DNA from: Actinomycetota bacterium
GTDB taxonomy: Bacteria; Actinomycetota; Aquicultoria; JACQXZ01
NCBI GenBank assembly: GCA_016208465.1
Contig: JACQXZ010000012.1
Coordinates: 3,141 to 58,014, forward strand
Direction of reading: 5' to 3'
Length of the DNA stretch: 54,874 nucleotides
The notes below the pieces were generated by a model. That model was given only the letters and a program-made list of their open reading frames with translations, was not told the DNA's origin and ran no database searches. The position numbers were made by a program, and so were the translations under genes. Positions 29,250 to 39,431 of this stretch are shown here, piece after piece (position 1 is the first letter of the stretch; every line of letters starts with the position of its first letter).

Positions 29250-31159
29250 TTTCCCGACTTCATCCCTTTTTTGAAAAACTTCTAAAGAGATCCCTTTAAC
29301 AGCAAGGATTTTAACAAGATAAAAGCAAAAACATCAATGTAGTGCCTAGTTAAAAATAATAGTTGACAGATATATTCTTTTATGTTATTGTCTTTTTATG
29401 TTCATTAGAGTTAAAACAACACCAAACAGCCCAAGAAAATCAGTCCAGATTGTTCAGTCTTTAAGAAAAGGGGATAAAGTCAGACAAAAGATTATCCGCT
29501 ATGTTGGCATTGCTATGGATGACAAAGAGTTAGAACAGTTAAAAATGCTGGCAGAATCAATCCGGATTAAATTAGAAGCAGATAATCAGGAACTTTTATT
29601 CAGCCCGGAAGATTTAGCTAAACTTGAAAGAAAAGCCAAAGAGACAAAAAGAGATGAAAAAGAAGAAGATTATAAAGTTAACTTAAAAGATCTTAAAGAA
29701 GAACAACGAATAATTAAAGGAATACACGATGTCTATGGTAAGCTTTTTGATGATTTGGGATATAAGAATATTTTCAAGAATCCTGAAAGACAGAAAGCAA
29801 CGGTAAATACCTTTAAAAATATAGTGCTTGGAAGAACAGCCAATCCTAAGAGCAAGATGGCATCGGTTGATATGTTAGAAGAAGATTTCGGCGTAACACT
29901 TAATCTCAACAGTGTATATAAAATGATGGATAAAATAGATGATAAAGCAATAGAAAAACTAAACGAGATAGCATATAAAAATACACTGACCCTGTTTTTA
30001 GAAAAGATAGACATTATCTTTTTTGATGCTACAACAATATATTTTGAATCTTTTACAGATGATGAATTAAAAAAGATGGGATACAGCAAAGACTTAAAGT
30101 TTAATCAGCCACAGATAATATTGTCATTGCTGGTCACCAAAGAAGGATTACCAATAGGATATAAAATATTTCCCGGCAATACTTATGAAGGACACACTTT
30201 AATTCCTGTCTTAAAAGAACTAAAGTCAAAATACAATCTGGACAAAATAATCTTTGTTGCAGACAGCGCAATGCTTAACACTGATAACCTGAAGGCGCTT
30301 GAAGATAATCAGTTTGAATATATAGTCAGCGCCAGATTAAAAAATATGAATAAAAAAACAGAGAAACAGATACTGGATGAAAGTAATTACAAAGTGCATA
30401 AATCACAAGACACAGATAAACTGAATCAATACAAAATAGCTAAATTTGAAATTGAGAATAAAAGACAACTGATTGTAAGTTATAGTGACAAAAGAGCAAA
30501 AAAAGATAGCGGAGATAGAATGAAAGCCATAGAGCGATTACAGAAAAAGATAGAGAAAACAAAAAATCAAAAAGAGTATTTGTCCAATTATGGCTACAAA
30601 AAGTATCTTAAAATAAATGGTAAAAGCACAATTGAGATAGATCAGGAAAAAATAGAAAAAGATTCTAAGTGGGATGGTTTACACGGAGTTATTACCAATG
30701 CTAAAGACTTATCCAATGAAGAGATATTAAAACAATACCATAACCTCTGGAATGTAGAAAATGCTTTTAGGATAACAAAGCATGATTTAAAAGTACGACC
30801 GGTCTTTCACTGGGTAGAACGCAGAGTAAAAGCCCATCTGGCAATTTCTTTTACTGCCTATGCTTTAGTAAAGCATCTTGAATATAGAGTTAAATTGCAA
30901 TACAAGAAGATGAGCCCGGAAAAAATCAGACAAACATTAATACATGTGCAGACCAGTATCCTTTATGATAAAAAGAAGAAAATACGCTATGGACTGCCTT
31001 CTAAAATATCTATAGAAGCTAATAAAATATATAATTTTATGAAGATAGCTCACAAATTAACTCCTTATATAATAGAGAAAGAAAAATGTAGTGCCCATGA
31101 AAAAATAAAAAGCCTTATTTTACAAGGAGCTACGTGATTTTAGGGATAAAGTCGGGAAA
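29250..31159 (+). mobile_element. IS1634-family insertion sequence
   Basis: Terminal inverted repeats TTTCCCGACTTCATCCCT (29250-29267) and AGGGATAAAGTCGGGAAA (31142-31159), 17/18 match; no TSD seen. Confidence 0.88.
29398..31137 (+). CDS. IS1634-family DDE transposase
   Basis: FFDATTIYFE, GYSKD, VADSAM, LWNVENAFRITK, RPVFH. Confidence 0.93.
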   Translation: MFIRVKTTPNSPRKSVQIVQSLRKGDKVRQKIIRYVGIAMDDKELEQLKMLAESIRIKLEADNQELLFSPEDLAKLERKAKETKRDEKEEDYKVNLKDLKEEQRIIKGIHDVYGKLFDDLGYKNIFKNPERQKATVNTFKNIVLGRTANPKSKMASVDMLEEDFGVTLNLNSVYKMMDKIDDKAIEKLNEIAYKNTLTLFLEKIDIIFFDATTIYFESFTDDELKKMGYSKDLKFNQPQIILSLLVTKEGLPIGYKIFPGNTYEGHTLIPVLKELKSKYNLDKIIFVADSAMLNTDNLKALEDNQFEYIVSARLKNMNKKTEKQILDESNYKVHKSQDTDKLNQYKIAKFEIENKRQLIVSYSDKRAKKDSGDRMKAIERLQKKIEKTKNQKEYLSNYGYKKYLKINGKSTIEIDQEKIEKDSKWDGLHGVITNAKDLSNEEILKQYHNLWNVENAFRITKHDLKVRPVFHWVERRVKAHLAISFTAYALVKHLEYRVKLQYKKMSPEKIRQTLIHVQTSILYDKKKKIRYGLPSKISIEANKIYNFMKIAHKLTPYIIEKEKCSAHEKIKSLILQGAT

Positions 31160-31185
31160 GTTTTATTTAAGAGGGGTGTGGCAGG

Positions 31186-31701
31186 ATGGATAACTATCAA
31201 AAATTCATTAAATTTGCCAGCGATTTTGAGGAAAAAGGCAATAAATTTTATCTTGAGTCAATTGATAGAGTCAAGAACATCTTCTCAAAAAGAATATTAG
31301 AGTTTCTTGCCACGGAGGAACTTAGGCATCTGGCTAAAATAAAATTATTTAGTCAGAGCCTGATGGAAAAAGATGAGTTTGATGTTGACAAAGAAACAGA
31401 AAGTGATTTATTGGAAAGAGTCAAAAGATTTATTCAGGATTTTATGCAGGACAAGGTTAAACAGATTACAGATATCTTGTCGGATATAGAAATTTATGAT
31501 TTTGCTCTTGGAGTAGAAAAAAATGGATATAATGTGTATAAAGAATTTTTTGAAAAATCTGAAGATAAAAAACTTAAAAGATTCGCTGAGTTTTTAATGA
31601 ATGAAGAAAAAATTCATTATGATTTATTGGCTGATTCCAAGAAATATCTGGAAGATCCGTCTTATTATTTTGAAGAAGCCGGTGGTTGGATTTTTGGATA
31701 A
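31186..31701 (+). CDS. Ferritin/rubrerythrin-like diiron protein
   Basis: Duplicated E..G..FY / EExxH motifs (EELRH, EEKIH). Confidence 0.82.
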   Translation: MDNYQKFIKFASDFEEKGNKFYLESIDRVKNIFSKRILEFLATEELRHLAKIKLFSQSLMEKDEFDVDKETESDLLERVKRFIQDFMQDKVKQITDILSDIEIYDFALGVEKNGYNVYKEFFEKSEDKKLKRFAEFLMNEEKIHYDLLADSKKYLEDPSYYFEEAGGWIFG

Positions 31702-31718
31702 AGAATTATTGATAGCTA

Positions 31719-31747
31719 TTGTATGCAAGAGTGTAATTATCTATAAT
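31719..31747 (+). promoter_or_regulatory. Probable tRNA cluster promoter
   Basis: TTGTAT-17-TATAAT, followed by a 13-bp perfect hairpin (31753-31788) in the leader. Confidence 0.6.
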
Positions 31748-31798
31748 ATTTTTAATTAATGGTAGACGCAAGAGCCTACCATTAATTATTTTATACCT

Positions 31799-31875
31799 GC
31801 GCCTGTAGCTCAGCTGGATAGAGCGTCGGACTTCGAATCCGCAGGTCGGGGGTTCGAATCCCTCCAGGCGCGCCA
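31799..31875 (+). tRNA. tRNA-Arg (TCG)
   Basis: Cloverleaf; anticodon loop CTTCGAA; GGTTCGAATCC; encoded CCA. Confidence 0.95.
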
Positions 31876-32045
31876 GAAAATAATTCACAATCAACAATTG
31901 ACAATGCATAATAGAAAAAGATAGAAATGAGAAGCCCCGACCAAAGGGGTTTGGGGAAATTATTTCCCCAAGCTTTCGGGGTACAGGCCGATTTTTGGCC
32001 GTCCTAGGGGCGGAGCCCCTGGAAGGAGCGGAGCGACTAGAGGGC

Positions 32046-32070
32046 GGTTCGAATCCCTCCAGGCGCGCCA
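32046..32070 (+). repeat. Duplicate of the tRNA-Arg 3' end (att-like)
   Basis: 25-bp identity to 31851-31875. Confidence 0.9.
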
Positions 32071-32185
32071 TTTAACGTAAGGCGTAAAACATAGAGGTTA
32101 CAAGTCACAGGTCACAAGACACAAGTAAAGAAAGGATACAAACGAAGAAACTTGTCACCTGTGACTTGTAGCTTGTGACTTTCAT

Positions 32186-32261
32186 GGGCGCTTAGCTCAA
32201 TTGGTAGAGCAACTGACTCTTAATCAGTAGGTCACAGGTTCGATTCCTGTAGCGCCCACCA
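32186..32261 (+). tRNA. tRNA-Lys (CTT)
   Basis: Cloverleaf; loop CTCTTAA; CCA. Confidence 0.95.
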
Positions 32262-32471
32262 TTAAACGGTTAGGCTAAACGAAGAGACGGAGGCATTTTG
32301 GTGAATGAAGCAAATCATTTAGCCAATGTTAGATGCTGTTGTATTTATTTGCCTAACCTAATTGCAAAATGAAGATTGCAAAATGCAAAGTACAAAATTA
32401 AGTCGCTTGTTTTTAATAGTTTTGCATTTTTCAATTTGCATTTTGAATTTTGTATTGAGTATACGTTTAAT

Positions 32472-32556
32472 GCGAGAGTGGCGGAACTGGCAGACGCGCT
32501 GGACTTAGGAGCCAGTGGGTAATACCGTAGGGGTTCAACTCCCCTCTCTCGCACCA
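32472..32556 (+). tRNA. tRNA-Leu (TAG)
   Basis: Long variable arm; loop CTTAGGA; CCA; A-G mismatch at the base of the anticodon stem. Confidence 0.92.
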
Positions 32557-32567
32557 TATATCACATA

Positions 32568-32665
32568 TGTTCCGCCAAAATGATAATGTCCTATTTAACC
32601 AATTTAGAAATGTCCGGTTCCTCTAAAATGTTTTCCTGGGAGGGAAAACATAATGAGAAGGATAA
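32568..32665 (+). mobile_element. Orphan left-end relic of an IS1202/ISNCY- or IS481-like element
   Basis: Starts TGT; two AATGTCC subterminal repeats; then SD GGAGGG and an ATG with no transposase. Confidence 0.4.
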
Positions 32666-32689
32666 TCCCCGGATTTTGATGTAAAATAT

Positions 32690-32765
32690 GCGGATGTGGC
32701 TCAGTTGGTAGAGCATCACCTTGCCAAGGTGAGAGTCGGGGGTTCGAGTCCCGTCATCCGCTCCA
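32690..32765 (+). tRNA. tRNA-Gly (GCC)
   Basis: Cloverleaf; loop TTGCCAA; CCA. Confidence 0.95.
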
Positions 32766-32961
32766 GTTTTAACGTAAGACGTGAGACATAGAGGTCACAA
32801 GTCACAGGTCACAAGACACAAGTAAAAAAAGATAGAATGAGAAACCCCGACCAAAAGGGTTTGGGGAAAAGAATTTTAAAGTTTCAGGCTGCAAGCCACA
32901 AACTATGGGCTACATACGACTTGAAACTTGCAGCTTGTAAATAAAAAAGGAGATAATTATA

Positions 32962-34368
32962 TTGAAGACAGCAGTAGAGAAATTAGAAGGCAATAAAGTT
33001 TTATTAAAAGTAGAAGTATCTGTGGAAAAGTTTGACGAAGCAATCCATGGCGCCTACAAAGAGGTTGGCAATAAAGTCAAAATTCCCGGTTTCAGAAAAG
33101 GAAAAATACCTCAGGAAATTATTAAGACCAGAGTTGGAGAAAATGTTGTTGTTGAAGAAGCGTTGGATAGAAATTTAATCAACTATTATGCTGAGGCCGT
33201 TAATCACGCTGATATACAGCCAATAGATAAGCCTGATTTTAATGTTATTCAGTCCGAAGCAGGCAAGCCTCTTTTATTCGAAGTTAAAGTGGATGTAAGA
33301 CCAGAAGTTAAGTTAGGCGAATATAAAAATCTGGATATTAAAATAGATCCAATTGAGGTTTCTGATGAGGAAGTAGATAAAGAAGTTGAGAATCTGCGCG
33401 ATAAATTTTCAAAACTTGAAATTTCTCCGGATGATACAAAATTAAAAGAAGGAGATTTTGCCCTAATAGATTTCAAAGGCCATTTGAATGATGAGCCTTT
33501 TGAAGGCGGTTCCGCTAGTGATTATTTGCTCGAGATAGGATCGAAAAACTTTGTTCCCGGGTTTGAAGATCAGTTAATTGGCGCGTCAAAAGGAGAAGAA
33601 CGTCAGATTAGTATAACTTTTCCGGAAGATTATGACGCCGCAGAATTAGCTGGAAAAGAAACAAAATTTGATGTTCAGGTGAAAGAAATAAAATATAAAG
33701 TCCTGCCTGAAATAAATGATGACTTTGCAAAAGAAGTAGGCGGTTTTGATGCCCTCGAAGAATTACGAAAAGATATAAAAGAAAAAATTAAAGACATGAA
33801 GACCAAAAACGCAGAACATGAATTACACGGAAAAATTCTGGAAGCAGTCTATAATGGCTCAGAAGTAGAAATTCCTGAAATAATGATTACCAAGCATTCC
33901 AATGATGTAATAAATAATTTTGCTAATTCTCTCAGCGCCCAAGGCATGAATATGGAAGCTTACTTGAATCAGATAAATAAAGATTTTAAAGCATTTGTTG
34001 ACGATGTAAATAAAAATAGTGAACGAGATATAAAAGTTAAGACTATATTGGAAGCAATAGGAAGAGCAGAAGGATTTATTCCCACAGAGGACGAAATAAA
34101 TGAGGAGATAAATTTTTACGCCAGCAAAAACAAGCAAAACTTTGAAGATCTGAAAAATTTTATTATTACTCATGGCGACTTACCTATACTAAAAAGCGAC
34201 ATAATAGTGAATAAAACATTGCATTGGCTTATCGAGAACGAAAAAGAGAAACTTGGCTGGAAAACAGAAAGCGAAAACATTGAAGAGCCAGATACTTCTG
34301 AAGGACTCGATATGTCTGCTATATTTGAAGGAATAGATCAAATAAAAGGCAAGGAGGAAGAAGAATGA
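32962..34368 (+). CDS. tig: Trigger factor
   Basis: IPGFRKGK; FKBP domain [11 protein letters not shown]. Confidence 0.96.
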   Translation: MKTAVEKLEGNKVLLKVEVSVEKFDEAIHGAYKEVGNKVKIPGFRKGKIPQEIIKTRVGENVVVEEALDRNLINYYAEAVNHADIQPIDKPDFNVIQSEAGKPLLFEVKVDVRPEVKLGEYKNLDIKIDPIEVSDEEVDKEVENLRDKFSKLEISPDDTKLKEGDFALIDFKGHLNDEPFEGGSASDYLLEIGSKNFVPGFEDQLIGASKGEERQISITFPEDYDAAELAGKETKFDVQVKEIKYKVLPEINDDFAKEVGGFDALEELRKDIKEKIKDMKTKNAEHELHGKILEAVYNGSEVEIPEIMITKHSNDVINNFANSLSAQGMNMEAYLNQINKDFKAFVDDVNKNSERDIKVKTILEAIGRAEGFIPTEDEINEEINFYASKNKQNFEDLKNFIITHGDLPILKSDIIVNKTLHWLIENEKEKLGWKTESENIEEPDTSEGLDMSAIFEGIDQIKGKEEEE

Positions 34369-34961
34369 CAGGGGGCTTAATTCCTATTGTTATAGAACAG
34401 ACCAATCGGGGTGAAAGGTCTTTTGATATATACTCAAGACTTTTAAATGAAAGAATTATATTTTTGGGAACAGAAATTAATGATAATGTGGCAAATGTGA
34501 TTATGGCACAACTGCTTCATTTGGAATCTGAAGATCCGGGAAAAGATATTTTTCTCTATATAAATAGTCCGGGCGGAATCATTACTGCCGGACTGGCAAT
34601 TTATGATACGATGCAGTATGTGAAACCAAATGTATCAACTATCTGCATTGGTCAGGCGGCTAGTATGGCGGCAGTGCTTTTGTCTGCTGGCGAAAAAGGT
34701 AAAAGATATTCTTTGCCAAATGCTCGTATCTTAATCCATCAGCCTCATGGCGGAGTAACAGGTCAGGCAGTTGATATTGAAATTCAGGCTAAGGAAATAC
34801 TCCGAACCAGAAAGGTGTTGGATGAAATTTTAGCGTACCACACGGGTCAGACTCTGGATAAAATCACCAAGGATACTGATCGCGATTTTATAATGACATC
34901 CGAAGAAGCAAAAAGTTATGGGATAGTTGACGAGGTCATTGTTCATAGCAAAGAAAAATAG
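34365..34961 (+). CDS. clpP: ATP-dependent Clp protease proteolytic subunit
   Basis: [22 protein letters not shown]. Confidence 0.97.
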   Translation: MTGGLIPIVIEQTNRGERSFDIYSRLLNERIIFLGTEINDNVANVIMAQLLHLESEDPGKDIFLYINSPGGIITAGLAIYDTMQYVKPNVSTICIGQAASMAAVLLSAGEKGKRYSLPNARILIHQPHGGVTGQAVDIEIQAKEILRTRKVLDEILAYHTGQTLDKITKDTDRDFIMTSEEAKSYGIVDEVIVHSKEK

Positions 34962-35028
34962 GTTTAAAATTAAAAATAAAAAATCAAAATTCAAAAATGA
35001 ACTCAAAATAAAGTTCAAACTTGAGATT

Positions 35029-35125
35029 AAGAGGCTATAGGCTAGAGGTGATAGGCTATAGGTGTAGGTTGGATTGAAAGTTTAAATACTTATCCTATTG
35101 CCCCTAACCCCTCGCCTATTGCCCT
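35029..35125. repeat. Inverted pair of GCTATAG-type heptamer arrays nested in AT-rich heptamer arrays (34964-35247)
   Basis: GAGGCTATAGGCTAGAGGTGATAGGCTATAGG ... CCTATTGCCCCTAACCCCTCGCCTATTGCC. Confidence 0.75.
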
Positions 35126-35298
35126 TTTTGTAATTTTGGCTCCAACTCATTTGGGTTAAGCCCCTAATTTCTCTGAAAATTGCAAATATAGATAAGTAAT
35201 CCTTATTTTGCAATTTGCATTTTTCAATTTACAATTTACAATTCAAGTTAGCGAACGAAGTAAGCCTAACTTGTAGAGAATGTTATTTATGAAAGAAG

Positions 35299-36597
35299 GT
35301 GTCTTGGGTGGTAAAGTTTGGCGAGGGAAGCGATCATTTCAAGTGTTCATTTTGTGGTAAAAGCCAGCGTCAGGTTAAAAAACTTATTGCTGGTCCGGGT
35401 GTATACATTTGTGATGAATGTATAGATCTTTGCAATGAAATAATTGATGAAGAATTAGGATCAGAAGTTGAATTAAAATTAGAAAATCTGCCTAAACCAA
35501 AAGAGATATATAAATTTTTAAGCGAGTATGTTATTGGTCAGGAATCAGCCAAAAAAATCCTTTCCGTTGCTGTTTATAATCATTACAAGAGAATTCAACT
35601 TGGCGCTCAGACTGATGACGATGTAGAGCTTCAGAAAAGCAATATTCTTCTTTTGGGACCAACAGGCTGTGGTAAGACGCTTTTAGCCCAGACTCTTGCG
35701 CGAATTCTTAATGTTCCCTTTGCGATTGCTGATGCTACAGCATTAACTGAAGCTGGTTATGTGGGAGAAGACGTAGAAAATATTTTACTAAAGTTAATTC
35801 AGTCAGCGGATTATGATGTTAAGAGAGCAGAAACAGGAATCATTTATATAGATGAAATTGACAAGGTAGCGCGAAAATTAGAGAGCACTTCTATTACAAG
35901 AGATGTTTCGGGAGAGGGCGTTCAGCAGGCGCTGCTTAAAATTCTGGAGGGAACAGAAGCAAGTGTTCCTCCTCAGGGCGGAAGAAAACATCCTCATCAG
36001 GAATTTATTCAGATTGACACCACAAACATTCTTTTTATCTGCGGCGGCGCGTTTACTGATTTGGAAAAAATTATTGAAACAAGAATAGGCAAGAAAGGAA
36101 TTGGTTTTGGAGCTGATATTAAAAAGCGCGAAGAGAAAGAAATAGGACAGATACTTTCTCAGGTTCTCCCGGAAGACTTATTAAAATATGGTTTAATACC
36201 AGAGTTTGTAGGACGATTGCCTGTAGTTTCAGCGGTTCATAATTTGAAGGAAGAAGACTTGGTGCGTATTTTAGTGGAGCCACGAAACGCTTTGATTAAA
36301 CAATACAAAAAGTTCTTTAAATACGACAATATTGAACTTGTTTTTACTCCTGACGCGCTTAAAGCCATTGCGAGAAAGGCTTTAAAAAGAGCGGGAGGAG
36401 CTCGTGGTTTAAGGGCTGTGCTTGAAGGAATTTTATTGGATGTTATGTATGAATTTCCCTCAAGGTCTGATATAATAAAATGTGTTATTACTAAGGAAGC
36501 AGTCGAACAAAACATCGAACCCACTTTAGTAACTTCGCGATCAGAAAAACATATTTCCAGCAAGAATAAAATAGCCAACAAGGAAGAAACCGCCTAA
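35299..36597 (+). CDS. clpX: ATP-dependent Clp protease ATP-binding subunit
   Basis: CSFCGK zinc finger, [15 protein letters not shown] loop; start may be GTG 35308. Confidence 0.97.
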   Translation: MSWVVKFGEGSDHFKCSFCGKSQRQVKKLIAGPGVYICDECIDLCNEIIDEELGSEVELKLENLPKPKEIYKFLSEYVIGQESAKKILSVAVYNHYKRIQLGAQTDDDVELQKSNILLLGPTGCGKTLLAQTLARILNVPFAIADATALTEAGYVGEDVENILLKLIQSADYDVKRAETGIIYIDEIDKVARKLESTSITRDVSGEGVQQALLKILEGTEASVPPQGGRKHPHQEFIQIDTTNILFICGGAFTDLEKIIETRIGKKGIGFGADIKKREEKEIGQILSQVLPEDLLKYGLIPEFVGRLPVVSAVHNLKEEDLVRILVEPRNALIKQYKKFFKYDNIELVFTPDALKAIARKALKRAGGARGLRAVLEGILLDVMYEFPSRSDIIKCVITKEAVEQNIEPTLVTSRSEKHISSKNKIANKEETA

Positions 36598-36662
36598 CAG
36601 TCTTTACTTGTGACTTTGTGACTTATAACTTGTAGCTTAACGTAAACGGAGTTGTATTTAAA

Positions 36663-38999
36663 TTGAAAAGAAGTAAAAGAGAAGAAATGACATTGCCGCT
36701 GGTTCCTTTAAGGGACATTATTGTTTTTCCTCATATGGTAATTCCTCTTTTTGTCGGAAGGGAAAAATCTATTCGCGCGCTTGAAGAAGCGGCTAAATAT
36801 CAAAATAAAATAATTCTTTCTTCACAGAAGAAGGCAACTATTGAAAATCCGACACCGGAAGATATTTATAACATAGGAACGGTGGCCGAGATTGTTCAAT
36901 TGGGCAAATTACCAGATGGTTCGCTTAAGGTTTTGGTTGAAGGTAAAAACAGAGTAAAAATTGAAGAGTTTTTGACAAGCGATTCTCATTTTATGGTTCA
37001 CGCGTCTAGTTTAGAAATAAAAAAAGATTCTTCGCTAAGAATACAGGCATTTGCAAGAAGCGTAGCAAGAGAATTTGAAAAGTATGTAGGATTAAACAGA
37101 CAGCTTCCGCCTGAAACCGTAATGACAATCACTTCAGTTGCAGAACCTGCTCAACTGGCAGATATTATTTCTTCTCATTTGGTTTTGGGTGTTGAAGAAA
37201 AACAGAAATTACTTGAGGCTTCTTCAGTAGAAGAAAAACTTGAGCAAATTCTGATCGCCCTGAAAAAAGAAAATCAAATTCTGGAAATTGAAAATGAAAT
37301 ACTTACAAAAGCTCAGAGTCATATGGAAAAGGCACAGCGTGAGTTTTTCCTTCGTGAAAAATTAAAGGTTATCAAAGAAGAACTAGGTGGTCCAAGTGAA
37401 GACACCACCGAGGAAGTGGAAGAGTATCGTCAGAAAATAAAAGCTGCAAAATTACAGCCTGTCATAGAAGAGAAATTATTAAAGGAAGTAAACAGGCTGG
37501 AAAAATATCCGCCGATGGCCGCTGAAACAACAGTAGTAAGAAATTATCTTGACTGGATTTTATCATTACCATGGGGGAAACCCGAAGATGAAGATATTGA
37601 TTTGTCAAAGATTGAAGAGATATTTAATGAGGACCATTATGGTTTACAAAAACCCAAAGACAGAATTTTAGAATATATGGCGGTGAAAAAATTAACCGGC
37701 GCTAATCCCGGAACAATACTTTGTCTTATAGGCGCTCCGGGAGTAGGTAAAAGTTCTCTTGCAAGATCAGTCGCGCGGGCTTTAAACAGAAAATTTGTCA
37801 GGATTTCATTGGGCGGAGTAAGGGATGAAGCCGAAATCCGGGGACATCGAAGAACATATATTGGATCAATGCCCGGACGGATGATCTATGCAATGCAGCA
37901 GGCAGGAACAGTAAATCCAGTAATATTGCTGGATGAAATTGATAAAATGAGCAGTGATTTTAGAGGCAACCCTGCCGCCGCGCTTTTAGAAGTTCTTGAT
38001 CCTGAGCAGAATAGCGCGTTCAGAGATCATTATCTGGAGATAGATTATGATCTCTCAAGCGTAATTTTTATCGCTACCGCAAATTCTTCAGGGGCGATTC
38101 CGCCAACTTTGCGTGACAGGCTGGAGGTTATTTTTCTTCCAAGCTACACAGAAGAAGAAAAAATTAAAATTGCTGAGAAATTTTTGTTTCCAAAACAATT
38201 AAAAAAGCACGGTTTGAACGCGGATGATATAAAAATCAGTCATAATATGATTAAGCAGATTATAGGATTTTATACCAGAGAAGCCGGCGTAAGGAATCTG
38301 GAAAGAGAAATAGCTAAAATATGCAGAAAAGCAGCGCGTCAGGTTGTTTCAAAGACAAAAGAGCTTCCAATCAAAGTTACAAATAAGTCTTTGTCTTTTT
38401 ATCTTGGAGTATCCGTGTTTGATGTTAAAAAAAGAGAGAAAAAAGATATTATTGGAGTTGCGACAGGATTAGCATATACAGAGGTTGGAGGAGAAACGTT
38501 ATCCATAGAAGCGCTTGTTTATCCCGGCAAAGGCAAACTTGTCTTAACAGGAAAACTGGGAGATGTAATGCAGGAGTCTGCTCAGGCCGCCTATAGTTAT
38601 TTAAAGTCCCGCGCTTCTGAATTTAATCTTTTAGAAGATTTTCAACAGAAGAATGATGTTCATCTTCATGTTCCCGAAGGCGCGGTTCCAAAGGATGGTC
38701 CGTCAGCGGGATTAGCAATGACCGTAGCTTTAATTTCTGCTTTTACCCGTTATCCGGTAAAAAGTGATATTGCGATGACAGGAGAAATAACCTTAACAGG
38801 ACGGGTTTTAAAAATTGGAGGATTAAAAGAAAAAGTTTTAGCTGCCTACCGCGCGGGTATTTATAAAGTTATTTTGCCCGAGCAGAACCTGAATGAATTA
38901 AAAGAATTGCCTGCGGATGTTGGGAAAAAAATGGAGTTTATCGGTGTAAATAATTTGAGCGATTGTCTGGATACTATTTTGGTTAAAGAAGGGTCGTAG
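36663..38999 (+). CDS. lon: Lon protease
   Basis: LPLVPLRD, GAPGVGKS, PKDGPSAG. Confidence 0.97.
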   Translation: MKRSKREEMTLPLVPLRDIIVFPHMVIPLFVGREKSIRALEEAAKYQNKIILSSQKKATIENPTPEDIYNIGTVAEIVQLGKLPDGSLKVLVEGKNRVKIEEFLTSDSHFMVHASSLEIKKDSSLRIQAFARSVAREFEKYVGLNRQLPPETVMTITSVAEPAQLADIISSHLVLGVEEKQKLLEASSVEEKLEQILIALKKENQILEIENEILTKAQSHMEKAQREFFLREKLKVIKEELGGPSEDTTEEVEEYRQKIKAAKLQPVIEEKLLKEVNRLEKYPPMAAETTVVRNYLDWILSLPWGKPEDEDIDLSKIEEIFNEDHYGLQKPKDRILEYMAVKKLTGANPGTILCLIGAPGVGKSSLARSVARALNRKFVRISLGGVRDEAEIRGHRRTYIGSMPGRMIYAMQQAGTVNPVILLDEIDKMSSDFRGNPAAALLEVLDPEQNSAFRDHYLEIDYDLSSVIFIATANSSGAIPPTLRDRLEVIFLPSYTEEEKIKIAEKFLFPKQLKKHGLNADDIKISHNMIKQIIGFYTREAGVRNLEREIAKICRKAARQVVSKTKELPIKVTNKSLSFYLGVSVFDVKKREKKDIIGVATGLAYTEVGGETLSIEALVYPGKGKLVLTGKLGDVMQESAQAAYSYLKSRASEFNLLEDFQQKNDVHLHVPEGAVPKDGPSAGLAMTVALISAFTRYPVKSDIAMTGEITLTGRVLKIGGLKEKVLAAYRAGIYKVILPEQNLNELKELPADVGKKMEFIGVNNLSDCLDTILVKEGS

Positions 39000-39225
39000 T
39001 TCAAGGTTATTTATACATTGAGTCTTTTTCTCTCCTGAGTTTAACTCTTCTGTTGTTGGAATTCAGTAGTCAGAAAATACTAAGCGCTATTTTTTATTTG
39101 TATTTTTTCTGACTTCTGAATTCTGTATTCTGAATACTTAATACCCCACATTTTACCTTCACATATCATTGACTATCATTTATATCTTAGGCATAATCCT
39201 CTTTGAAAGGCAAAATAATAAATTT

Positions 39226-39405
39226 AACTCAGATTTTGCATTAGATTTCGATGAGAAGCGCAGAAATTTTGCTTTTAGGCAAGGAAGACGAGACTTTTTG
39301 GCGCAGGCGTACTTGAATTGTACGTTGAGCATAAAAAGTCTTGACTGACACAGCATAAAAGCAAAATAACAAGCTTATCGCGAAAGCTATTGCAATATCT
39401 GGGTT
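39226..39405. repeat. 180-bp palindromic MITE-like element
   Basis: 25-bp terminal inverted repeat with 4 mismatches; inner TTTTGCTTTTA/TAAAAGCAAAA, AGACTTTTT/AAAAAGTCT and CGTAC/GTACG pairs. Confidence 0.75.
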
Positions 39406-39431
39406 TGATAAAAAGGTCAGGATTAATCTGA

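Noticed and set aside
31706-32071. 121-aa minus-strand ORF with internal repeat
   Set aside because: Antisense reading of tRNA-Arg and its duplicated 3' end
32345-32557. 70-aa minus-strand ORF
   Set aside because: Antisense to tRNA-Leu and a heptamer array
32071-32940. Possible CRISPR array
   Set aside because: Repeats are degenerate 7-mers in inverted arms, with no constant 23-47 bp repeat, no unique spacers and no cas genes
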